From an uncultured Bacilli bacterium (GTDB taxonomy: Bacteria > Bacillota_I > Bacilli_A > RF39 > UBA660): a stretch of DNA of 64,000 nt. The notes beneath the pieces are model-generated. The model was given only the letters and a program-made list of their open reading frames with translations, searched no databases and had not been told where the DNA came from. Positions within the stretch are counted from its first letter, which is position 1. The number at the start of each line of letters is the position of its first letter. Positions 56,224 through 64,000 of the stretch are shown here, piece by piece. The stretch is from assembly GCA_947625085.1 (NCBI GenBank), contig CANQMV010000002.1, positions 1,490 to 65,489 on the forward strand, read 5' to 3'. The position numbers and the translations under genes were made by a program.

Positions 56224-57033
56224 ATGGATGAAATAAATTATGATAAAGTTGAAGAAGAAACTAATCCTAAAATAAAACAATTATATTGGAATATAGCCTT
56301 TGGTCTTCAAGATGTTGATGGAATAAAACCTTCTAAATACATGAAAAAGTTATCAGAAGAACATATTAAAGGACAAAAGACCTATCAAGAAGTTCAAAAT
56401 GAAATAAATTCCTATTATAGTAAAAATAAAGATAATTATGATAAATTAGAAGAAGAAGCCGATGAAGTTGCAACAGCTATATATGAAATATTAAGTGATA
56501 AATCATTTCGATTTGACTATCTAACTTTTAAAAATTATCATAAAAGATTATTTATTAATTTAGATAAAGAAAAATATAATCCAGGAGTATTTAGAACTTA
56601 TAATTTTACAAAAGATGAACCTATTTTAAGAGGAGATACCGTAAATTATCAATCTTATGATTTAATTGAAGAAACTTTAAAATATGATTTTAATGAAGAA
56701 AAAGAAATAGATTATACTAAATTTAATGAAGAAGAATTAATCAATAGAATAGTTGAATTTACTTCTAGGATATGGCAAGTCCATCCATTTCAAGAAGGAA
56801 ATACTAGAACCACCGCTTTATTTATTCAAAAATATTTAATAAGCATGGGATTTAATATTAATAATGAATTATTTAAAGAAAATGCCCTATATTTTAGAAA
56901 TGCTTTAGTAAGAGCAAATTATACTAATTATAGTAAAGGTATTAAAGAAACAGATAAATATTTAATTATGTTTTTTGAAAACTTATTGTTAAATAAAAAT
57001 AATCCTTTAAATAATACAGATTTAAAAATATAA
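56224..57033 (+). CDS. Fic/Doc (Fido) family protein with a non-canonical motif
   Basis: HPFQEGNTRTTA differs from the canonical HPFx(D/E)GNGRxxR (G to T, last R to A). The N-terminus ..FGLQDVDGIKPS.. resembles a VbhA-like inhibitory module. Confidence 0.7.
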   Translation: MDEINYDKVEEETNPKIKQLYWNIAFGLQDVDGIKPSKYMKKLSEEHIKGQKTYQEVQNEINSYYSKNKDNYDKLEEEADEVATAIYEILSDKSFRFDYLTFKNYHKRLFINLDKEKYNPGVFRTYNFTKDEPILRGDTVNYQSYDLIEETLKYDFNEEKEIDYTKFNEEELINRIVEFTSRIWQVHPFQEGNTRTTALFIQKYLISMGFNINNELFKENALYFRNALVRANYTNYSKGIKETDKYLIMFFENLLLNKNNPLNNTDLKI

Positions 57034-57128
57034 AACTAAAAATTAACATAACTATAAATTTTTATTCTTCTTAATTATTTACAATTTATTAGACAAATAG
57101 TATAATGGTTTTAGAATAGAGGGATAAA

Positions 57129-58694
57129 ATGATAGTTCGAAAACCATATGCTTTTTTGATTAAATATTTTAAAATAATTCATATATTACTTTTTATTTTA
57201 ATGACTTATTTACTTTTTAGAACCAGAAATATCTATATGTTTTTTAAAGGTTATTTACAAACAGGAACTTATACCTTTGTTGAAAATATGGTTAATAATT
57301 ATATTAACGTATTAATGATTATCTCAACAATTATCTTAATTGTGTTGTTGCTGCTTATTTACTTTTTAATGCGACAAAAAGAAAAACCGGTTTTTTATTA
57401 CCTCGTTGCAACTATTTTTTATACCGTAATGTTTATTCTCTTTTTATATTTAATGACTGTCTTTTCTAATTTAGAATATCAAACTTATTCTAATCAGTTT
57501 TTAGTTATAATGCGAGATATTTCCATGGTTTTATATTATCTAAGTTTTTATTTTCTAGCTATTTCCTTTATTAGAGGGTTTGGATTTAATGTTAAAAAGT
57601 TTAACTTTGAAAAAGATATTAAAGAATTAGATATAACTGCTGAAGATAGAGAAGAAATTGAAGTTGGAGTTGAAATAGATGTTGATAATGTATCCAATTT
57701 CATTAGAAAAGGTAAAAGAAATTTTGGTTATTATTTAAAAGAAAATTCCTTTATTTTAATTTTACTTTTAGTATTAATAATTATTTTTAGTACTTCCTAT
57801 ATTTTAGTTTATAAATTAGTTTTACATAAAACTTATCATGAAGACGATTTAATTACTATCAATGAAATAGATTACAAAATAAAAGATTCTTATCTTACAA
57901 ACAAAGATAAATTTGGTAATTATATTAAAGATAAAGATACTAATTATTTAGTTATTTTGTTTGAAGTTACTAATAAAAGTGAAAATAATAAAAAATTAGA
58001 AACTAAGAATTTACGAGTTAAAGTTAAGGATAAATATTATTATCCAATTTCTAATACTTCAAATAAATTCACTGATTTTGGAACAATTTATCGAAGTCAA
58101 AGTTTACGTTATAATGTTTCTAATAATTACATTTTAGTTTTTGAAATTGACAAAGTAAAAAGAAATATTATTTTTGAATTATATAAAGGAAAAAGAGTAT
58201 CTAAAGGTGAAGTTCGTTTATTTTATGAACAAGTTAAATTAGCACCTAAAAAGTTTAAAGAAAGTAATTTAGGAACTTATCAATTACTTAGTAAAGTTGA
58301 TTTAAGTAAGACTTATTTAGGTAAAGGAGAATTTATTCTTAATAGTTATCAAGTTTTAGATATGGTTGATTATACTTATACAAAATGTAATGAAAAAATT
58401 GAAAATGGTAAATGTATTGATTATAAAGCTAGTGTTGTACCGGGAAATTCTAAAAAGATTTTAAAAATTGATTATACAATAAATTTAGAAAATGTAAATC
58501 TTTTTGATTATTTAGAAATTTCTTATTCAACCGATAATTCTGCTAAAGTTCTTAGTGGTGATACATTAAAAAATGTAACGCCAGTTAATTATCAAGATAA
58601 AGCTATTTTATTTGAAGTACCTGCTAATTTTTCTTTAGCAGATGACGTTAAATTTAATTTTAATGTAAGAGGAGCTCTGTTTGTTTATGAATAA
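57129..58694 (+). CDS. Polytopic membrane protein with a large extracytoplasmic C-terminal domain, unknown function
   Basis: ORF track. About 5 N-terminal TM helices plus one later TM. Overlaps the pseudopilin gene start. Confidence 0.5.
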   Translation: MIVRKPYAFLIKYFKIIHILLFILMTYLLFRTRNIYMFFKGYLQTGTYTFVENMVNNYINVLMIISTIILIVLLLLIYFLMRQKEKPVFYYLVATIFYTVMFILFLYLMTVFSNLEYQTYSNQFLVIMRDISMVLYYLSFYFLAISFIRGFGFNVKKFNFEKDIKELDITAEDREEIEVGVEIDVDNVSNFIRKGKRNFGYYLKENSFILILLLVLIIIFSTSYILVYKLVLHKTYHEDDLITINEIDYKIKDSYLTNKDKFGNYIKDKDTNYLVILFEVTNKSENNKKLETKNLRVKVKDKYYYPISNTSNKFTDFGTIYRSQSLRYNVSNNYILVFEIDKVKRNIIFELYKGKRVSKGEVRLFYEQVKLAPKKFKESNLGTYQLLSKVDLSKTYLGKGEFILNSYQVLDMVDYTYTKCNEKIENGKCIDYKASVVPGNSKKILKIDYTINLENVNLFDYLEISYSTDNSAKVLSGDTLKNVTPVNYQDKAILFEVPANFSLADDVKFNFNVRGALFVYE

Positions 58695-59151
58695 TAAAGG
58701 GTTTGTCTTACTAGAAACTTTAGTTGTAACTATTTTTACTTTATTTATTTTTTCTGTTTTATATAGTAGTGTAGTTCCTCTTTTAGGACGTTATGAAGAA
58801 ATTTCTTATTATAATGACTTAGATACAACCTATGATTTATATCATCTTCGAAAATTTATTTTAAATGACCCAAATAGAAATACTATTTTCGCTTCTAATT
58901 ATCAAAGAATTACCTGTAACAATGGAAGTATTTTAAATCAAGAGGCTTGTTATAATCTCTTTACTTTCTTTGGAATAGATAGTACTATTGATGAAGTTAT
59001 CTTTTTAAATCCAACTTATATTGAAGATTTAAAAAAAGATAATAGTTATTCAAGTTATGTAAGAGATTATTTAAATTACATTAACGTTGATAACAATATC
59101 CTTATTTTACAAAATGATGGTTATGTTTCTTATTTAAATATTTTACCTTAA
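58687..59151 (+). CDS. Type IV pilin-like protein (pseudopilin; prepilin N-terminal methylation motif)
   Basis: MNNKG/FVLLETLVVTIFTLFIF has the G(-1) F(+1) E(+5) motif. Confidence 0.7.
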   Translation: MNNKGFVLLETLVVTIFTLFIFSVLYSSVVPLLGRYEEISYYNDLDTTYDLYHLRKFILNDPNRNTIFASNYQRITCNNGSILNQEACYNLFTFFGIDSTIDEVIFLNPTYIEDLKKDNSYSSYVRDYLNYINVDNNILILQNDGYVSYLNILP

Positions 59152-59152
59152 T

Positions 59153-59182
59153 AATCAGGTTTTAAAACTTGATTATTTTTTT
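59153..59182. terminator. Bidirectional terminator between convergent genes
   Basis: AATCAGGTT-TTAA-AACTTGATT stem followed by T7. Confidence 0.6.
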
Positions 59183-60510
59183 AGTAATTTTTTAGTTTTT
59201 AAATAATTTTTTAAGTATAAAACTTTAGAAACATCTAAAATATTTCCAACAATAAAATAGGGTTTATCTTCAGTTGGTAAGGTTAGAGGATGATATTTTA
59301 AAAATAAAATGCCAATTCCTGAGTTATTAACCCAATCACGAACTTTTTCAATAGAGTCATCAAGTAAAATAGAATTTCTAGATGGAAGAGCTTCGGATTT
59401 TTTAATCTTAACTGGAATTGTAAAACAATTAATATCATATTCTTTAAGACTAGAAAACTTAGCCATTCCTTCATTTTCATAAGTATTTCTGTTACTTGCA
59501 ACCGCGACACTTTTAAAAATATTTAAATTTTTAAGTTTTAAAAGTTGACTTCTGGCATTATCAATTTCCTTTGACTCATTTATTAAATCTTTCCAATCAA
59601 CATTTAAAAAATAATCATCAATAATATCATTCCAAATACTATCTCTTTTAATTTTATTAATTAAATAATAACTATCATCTTTAAAAATACCTTGCTTTTG
59701 GTCTTCTTTTTGTTTCAATTTTAAAAGTTGATTTATATATCCTAAAGCTGTTGTATGAGTATCAAATATTACACCATCATAATCCGAGAAAAAATAAATT
59801 TTATCTTCATCATTTAATGCTTGTAATTCTTTTATATATTTACTTTCTAAAAAGGCTTCACTATCTATACTTAAAATATCTTTAATAACAAAGTCATCAC
59901 CTAAATAACTATTATTAACTTCACTTTCTAAGATTAAATCATTAACTTTTTCTAAATTTTTTAAATCATCAATAATAAAATAAGGTTGATTAGCTCCAAG
60001 TTGATAAGGTTTAACTATATCTTTAAAAGTTGGATAAGAAGTTTTAAGACTTTGAACAAAGAAAACTCCATAACCACCATTTTTTTGCCAACCTAAGATA
60101 TTTTTTAAACTATTATCAACTAAAATATTACCTTTAACCATATCCTTAACATATTCATGTTTAGGGGTTGTAATTGGAACTGGAATTAATTCAACTTCCG
60201 GAAGATATTTTTGATAATTTTTCTTTTTAACTTCAATTTCATTACTTATATATTTTCCATTAAAAAGAGAATAAGCAGATAAAGCATAAATCTTTAAAAA
60301 AGTATTAGTACTTAAAAGATTTTTAATTCTTGAAACCGAATTATTTAAAATTCCCCCAACTGAAAATAAAATATTCCAATCAAAACTTCCAAAAAAGTTA
60401 GTTATTTCTAAACTATTTTTTAAATTAACTCCTAATCTTTTCATTTCATGAAAAGCAAAAACTTCAGTATTAAAAGTTACTCCATCACAGTCAATAAATA
60501 AGATTTTCAT
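59173..60510 (-). CDS. Tandem HAD-like (5'(3')-deoxyribonucleotidase-like) two-domain protein, putative
   Basis: Two DxDGV-type motifs (FIDCDGVTF at the N-terminus, FSDYDGVIFDT mid-protein). Confidence 0.4.
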   Translation of the reverse strand: MKILFIDCDGVTFNTEVFAFHEMKRLGVNLKNSLEITNFFGSFDWNILFSVGGILNNSVSRIKNLLSTNTFLKIYALSAYSLFNGKYISNEIEVKKKNYQKYLPEVELIPVPITTPKHEYVKDMVKGNILVDNSLKNILGWQKNGGYGVFFVQSLKTSYPTFKDIVKPYQLGANQPYFIIDDLKNLEKVNDLILESEVNNSYLGDDFVIKDILSIDSEAFLESKYIKELQALNDEDKIYFFSDYDGVIFDTHTTALGYINQLLKLKQKEDQKQGIFKDDSYYLINKIKRDSIWNDIIDDYFLNVDWKDLINESKEIDNARSQLLKLKNLNIFKSVAVASNRNTYENEGMAKFSSLKEYDINCFTIPVKIKKSEALPSRNSILLDDSIEKVRDWVNNSGIGILFLKYHPLTLPTEDKPYFIVGNILDVSKVLYLKNYLKTKKLLKK

Positions 60511-60640
60511 TAAGACCTCCTAAAAAACTAAAACTAAAATAATTATAACAAAATAACTAAATAAAATAAATTCTTTCTTTATAAATAACCTAAAAACTAT
60601 AGTTCTAATTTTTAATAAAATAAAATAAACTATACTGAAT

Positions 60641-60868
60641 ATGAAAAAAATAAAAGAATATTTAAATTCAACTAAATTAAAGATGAATTACGAAGATAAT
60701 CGCTTAAATATAATAAATTATGATGAAATTCTTCTTTTGACTGAGGCTAAAATTGTTATTTTAAAAGATGGTAATAAAATTACTATCAGTGGTTCAAATT
60801 TATCTTTACTAAAATTACTTGATTTAGAAATATTAATTCAAGGAGCGATTAAAACAATAGAATTGTAG
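60641..60868 (+). CDS. yqfC: Sporulation protein YqfC
   Basis: 75 aa with a YabP/YqfC-like pattern (..I.NY..IL......I.I........I.G..L.......E..I.G.I..IE). Confidence 0.7.
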   Translation: MKKIKEYLNSTKLKMNYEDNRLNIINYDEILLLTEAKIVILKDGNKITISGSNLSLLKLLDLEILIQGAIKTIEL

Positions 60869-62011
60869 GTGGTTATGCAAAATATTTATATCATAAAATT
60901 AGATGAAAAGTATTTTTCTAAATTACTAAAATATCATATATATATAAATAAAATTAAAAAACGAAAAGGATATTATCTTTTATATTTAGATTATGATAAC
61001 TATCAAAAATTATTAAAATTTAAAAAAATTTATCAAATAGAATTAGTAGGTTATAAAGGATTAATTAAATATGAAAAGATATTAAAAAAACATTATCTTT
61101 TTTTAATTATTAGTGTTTTAGGTTTACTTTATTTAATTTTTTTAAGTAATCTAATTTTTGAAATTGATATTAAAACGAATGATAAAGAACTTAAAAATTT
61201 ACTTCAAAAGGAATTAGAAACTAATAATATTAGTTTATATAAAAAAGTTAAATCTTTTTCTTTAAAAGAAGAGATTAAGAAGAAAATATTAGAAAATAAT
61301 AAAGATAAGTTAGAATGGATGGAAATAACTAGAGTTGGGTCTAAATATGTTATTGAGGTTGAAAAAAGAATTAAAAATAATGAAGAAATTGATAATACAC
61401 CTAGAAATATTGTTGCTTTAAAGAATGCCATTATTTTATCAATTGAAGCTAAAAGAGGAAGTATTGTTAAAAAATTAAATGATTATGTTAAAAAAGGAGA
61501 AGTAATTGTAAGTGGAGAAATAACTCATAAAGAAGAAATAGTTGATTTAGTTAGAGCGGATGCTACAATTTATGGAGAAACTTGGTATAATGTTCATGTT
61601 TCCTATCCAATTTCTTATTATGAAAAAACTTATTCTGGAAAGGTTAAAAAAAGACTTAGTTTAGAAATTTTATCTAAAAAGTTTAATTTTTTTGATAAAG
61701 AAAAATATAAAGATGAAGAAATTAAAGAAACTAAACTTTTATATCATAAATTTTTACCTTTTAAATTAAGTTTAGAAACGGTTTATGAAGTTTTAGAAAT
61801 AGATGATATTTATACAGTTGAAGAAGCTAGTAATAAAGCGCTTGAAGTTGCTAGAAAAAAGATTTTAAAGGCTCTTCCTGCTGATTCTCGAATTTTATCA
61901 CAAAAAAAATTGAAAATTATTGTAAATGATAGTACAATAGATGTAGATGTTTTTTTTAAAGTCTATGAAAACATAACCGCAACAAGTATAATCGAGGTTA
62001 AGGGAGATTAA
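60869..62011 (+). CDS. yqfD: Sporulation protein YqfD
   Basis: About 380 aa with a central TM. Conserved yqfC-yqfD-..-ybeY neighbourhood. Confidence 0.7.
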   Translation: MVMQNIYIIKLDEKYFSKLLKYHIYINKIKKRKGYYLLYLDYDNYQKLLKFKKIYQIELVGYKGLIKYEKILKKHYLFLIISVLGLLYLIFLSNLIFEIDIKTNDKELKNLLQKELETNNISLYKKVKSFSLKEEIKKKILENNKDKLEWMEITRVGSKYVIEVEKRIKNNEEIDNTPRNIVALKNAIILSIEAKRGSIVKKLNDYVKKGEVIVSGEITHKEEIVDLVRADATIYGETWYNVHVSYPISYYEKTYSGKVKKRLSLEILSKKFNFFDKEKYKDEEIKETKLLYHKFLPFKLSLETVYEVLEIDDIYTVEEASNKALEVARKKILKALPADSRILSQKKLKIIVNDSTIDVDVFFKVYENITATSIIEVKGD

Positions 62012-62012
62012 T

Positions 62013-62606
62013 ATGTTCAAGTTAGCAAATGATTTATTATTCGTTATGGCAACTACTTGGCCAATTGTTACCATTACTGTCGTTGCAATTATTTCACTTA
62101 GAATTACTTATTTAATTAAATATAAAAGTAAATTTGTTTTATATGAAGAATTATTATTATTAATTTTTGTTGTTTATTTGTTAATGTTTTTCCAAGTTGT
62201 AACATATCAAGATGTAATTTCTTATGGTAATAATTTTATTCCTTTTAAAGAGGTAACTAGATATCAATTTGGTTCAAGTTTATTTTATAAAAATGTTATT
62301 GGAAATATATTACTTTTTATGCCATATGGTTTTTTTGCTTCTTATTATTTAAAATTAGATAAGAAAAGAATCACTTGTCTTTTGATTTTGATTGTATCTT
62401 TATCAATAGAATGCGTTCAACTTTTAATTGGAAGATGTTTTGATGTTGATGATATTTTATTAAATTTAATTGGGGGAATGCTTGGTTATTTTGTTTATTG
62501 GTTACTTGATATAATAACTGATAAAATGTCAAAGCGAACAATTAGTACGTTGTTAATAACAGCAATTATTATTTTAATTATTGCACTTTTATATATAATG
62601 ATGTGA
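62013..62606 (+). CDS. VanZ-family membrane protein
   Basis: Four TM helices; ..N..LF.P.GF......D..LN..GG..GY pattern. Confidence 0.7.
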   Translation: MFKLANDLLFVMATTWPIVTITVVAIISLRITYLIKYKSKFVLYEELLLLIFVVYLLMFFQVVTYQDVISYGNNFIPFKEVTRYQFGSSLFYKNVIGNILLFMPYGFFASYYLKLDKKRITCLLILIVSLSIECVQLLIGRCFDVDDILLNLIGGMLGYFVYWLLDIITDKMSKRTISTLLITAIIILIIALLYIMM

Positions 62607-62614
62607 GGTATAAC

Positions 62615-63058
62615 ATGAAAATTGGAATATTTAATGAAACAAATGAAGATATAAAAAAGGAATTAAAGATTGTTTTAAAAGTTTTAAAAAGAGGATTAAA
62701 ATATTTAAAAATAACTAAGGTTGAATTTAATGTTATTATTGTAGATAATAATTATATTCATGAACTTAATAAAACTTATCGAGGGGTTGATAGGGAAACG
62801 GATGTTATAAGTTTTGCTTTGGAAGATGATAAAACTTTTAATCCTGAAAATCGGGTTTTAGGAGATATTTATATTTCAATTGATAAAGTATATAGTCAAG
62901 CTTTGGAATATGGACATTCTAATTTACGGGAACTTGCTTTTTTAGCAGTTCATGGAATGTTACATTTACTTGGTTATGACCATATGAAAAAAGAAGATGA
63001 GGAAGTTATGTTTAAACTTCAAGAAGAAATTTTAAATCAAAGTAAGATTACAAGGTAA
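62615..63058 (+). CDS. ybeY: rRNA maturation endoribonuclease YbeY
   Basis: HGMLHLLGYDH zinc motif. ATG 62615 follows GAGGT. Confidence 0.9.
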   Translation: MKIGIFNETNEDIKKELKIVLKVLKRGLKYLKITKVEFNVIIVDNNYIHELNKTYRGVDRETDVISFALEDDKTFNPENRVLGDIYISIDKVYSQALEYGHSNLRELAFLAVHGMLHLLGYDHMKKEDEEVMFKLQEEILNQSKITR

Positions 63059-63078
63059 ATAATTTATCAAAAAAATAG

Positions 63079-63107
63079 TTGCTATTCTAACTTTCTTGTG
63101 ATATTAT
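63079..63107 (+). promoter_or_regulatory. Promoter of leader copy 3
   Basis: TTGCTA 63079-84, 17-nt spacer ending in TGa, then TATTAT 63102-07. Confidence 0.45.
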
Positions 63108-63133
63108 TTTTATAGAAAATAGAAGGTGATTTC

Positions 63134-63199
63134 ATGGTTAAAATAGAAAAATTAAGTCAAAAAGAAGTTGACAAATTGTCAACCTGGGGGGGGGTATAG
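63134..63199 (+). CDS. Leader uORF copy 3 (21 aa, MVKIEKLSQKEVDKLSTWGGV)
   Basis: SD GAAGGTGA. Palindrome GTTGACA-AAT-TGTCAAC at 63167-83. G9 at 63186-94. TAG at 63197-99. Confidence 0.6.
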   Translation: MVKIEKLSQKEVDKLSTWGGV

Positions 63200-63245
63200 T
63201 ACTTAATTTAAAGGGTAACTGTATTTTAAAAATAGACAAAATAAG

Positions 63246-63289
63246 ACACATAAAACTAGTAGAATAAGACTAGGTTTTATGTGTTTTTA
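63246..63289 (+). terminator. Leader terminator copy 3 (different sequence, same position)
   Basis: ACACATAAAACTAGT / ACTAGGTTTTATGTGT stem (1-nt bulge), loop AGAATAAG, then T5. Confidence 0.7.
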
Positions 63290-63359
63290 AATGCATAAAT
63301 ATTGCTAAACAGGGGCAAACGTGTTATTATAAAAATATAAAAAATAGGAGAGGTAGAAA

Positions 63360-64000
63360 ATGAAAAATAAGAAAAGAAATATTATATTAATGTGTATCTT
63401 GATAGTCTTAGTTTTACTTGTTAGTATAGGAATAACCTATGCATTTTATTCATATTCCAAAACAGGAAGTAGTAATAGTCAGTTAGTAGCCGGAGATATT
63501 TATATGCATTATAAAGAAGGTGATGCTATAAATATGCCAAATGCAATGCCAAGTGCAACATATGATGAAAGTAAAGTATTTGAATTTACAATTGATGGCA
63601 AGAATACATATACAGAAAAGGATATATGGTATGAAATAATATTAACACGTGGCGAAGTACCAGAAGGAAAGACGGAAGAAAACCGAATAAAAGATAAAGA
63701 TTTAAAGTTTACGTTAATAGAAACGAAAACTGGAGAAGACCCTAAAACAGTATTAGATGGAGTAAGTTATGACAATTTAATAAATAAAAGAATTTGGGTA
63801 AATACAATTCCAAAGAATACAAACGATAAAATAGAAATAACCTATAAATTATACATGTGGATAAGTGATGAAACGGTAATTGGAGAAATAGAAGGAGAAA
63901 GTGATACAGTTGACTATTCAATTAGTGAATGGAATGATATTTTTGCAAGTATCAAAGTAAATGTAAAAGGAGACTTTGAAGAAAAAGAGATTAAAAGTGA
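63360..64000 (+). CDS. Secreted/anchored protein (paralog C), 5' part; continues beyond the window
   Basis: SD AGGAGAGG. MKNKKRNIILMCILIVLVLLVSIGITYAFYSYSKTGSSNSQLVAGD.. resembles a SipW/camelysin-type signal. The following domain parallels the paralog A N-terminal domain. Open to the window end and not in the ORF track. Confidence 0.7.
   Translation, partial: MKNKKRNIILMCILIVLVLLVSIGITYAFYSYSKTGSSNSQLVAGDIYMHYKEGDAINMPNAMPSATYDESKVFEFTIDGKNTYTEKDIWYEIILTRGEVPEGKTEENRIKDKDLKFTLIETKTGEDPKTVLDGVSYDNLINKRIWVNTIPKNTNDKIEITYKLYMWISDETVIGEIEGESDTVDYSISEWNDIFASIKVNVKGDFEEKEIKS

Overview
Very AT-rich (roughly 25-30% GC by eye), standard-code (TGA is a stop) DNA from a spore-forming Firmicute. Positions 1-27.9 kb are the right ~28 kb of a siphovirus-type prophage whose left end lies outside the window. 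It carries many small early genes, a ~700-nt ORF-free structured region followed by 3 tRNAs, and a morphogenesis block: terS/terL/portal/MuF-like/scaffold/capsid/connectors/major tail/chaperones/tape measure/Dit/Tal/fibre. This is followed by holin + M15 endolysin and a small moron region. The prophage right end truncates the sporulation gene cotJC after codon 65. Positions 27.9-64 kb are chromosomal: cotJB, RodA/FtsW, LysM pseudo-amidase, 3D-domain protein, PBP2, NUDIX, Na/Pi transporter, pdp, ylmC, trmH, topA, rlmN-stp-prkC-rsgA-rpe, prs, murE, Fic, a pseudopilin, yqfC-yqfD, vanZ and ybeY. The most notable observations follow. (1) A triplicated leader precedes three paralogous secreted proteins. 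Each copy has its own promoter, an SD-led 21-25 codon uORF with a conserved KEVDKLSTWGGV end, a perfect 7-bp palindrome, a G9 homopolymer and an intrinsic terminator. This looks like a phase-variable attenuator. (2) The last 54 codons of one paralog (FGE/C-type-lectin-like) switch abruptly to ~55% GC with 22 NNC codons. That is the signature of a diversity-generating-retroelement variable region, but no TR or RT is in the window. (3) A ROOL/GOLLD-like large ncRNA candidate sits next to phage tRNAs, including tRNA-Ile(UAU) and an atypical CAG tRNA. (4) The prophage splits cotJC. (5) The phage encodes a 30-aa minimal prepilin. (6) The phage has an (ACAT)10 tetranucleotide repeat, a candidate capsid -1 frameshift on an A10 run, and three structural genes that appear to start at CTG. 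All functional calls come from motif recognition by eye; no searches were run.
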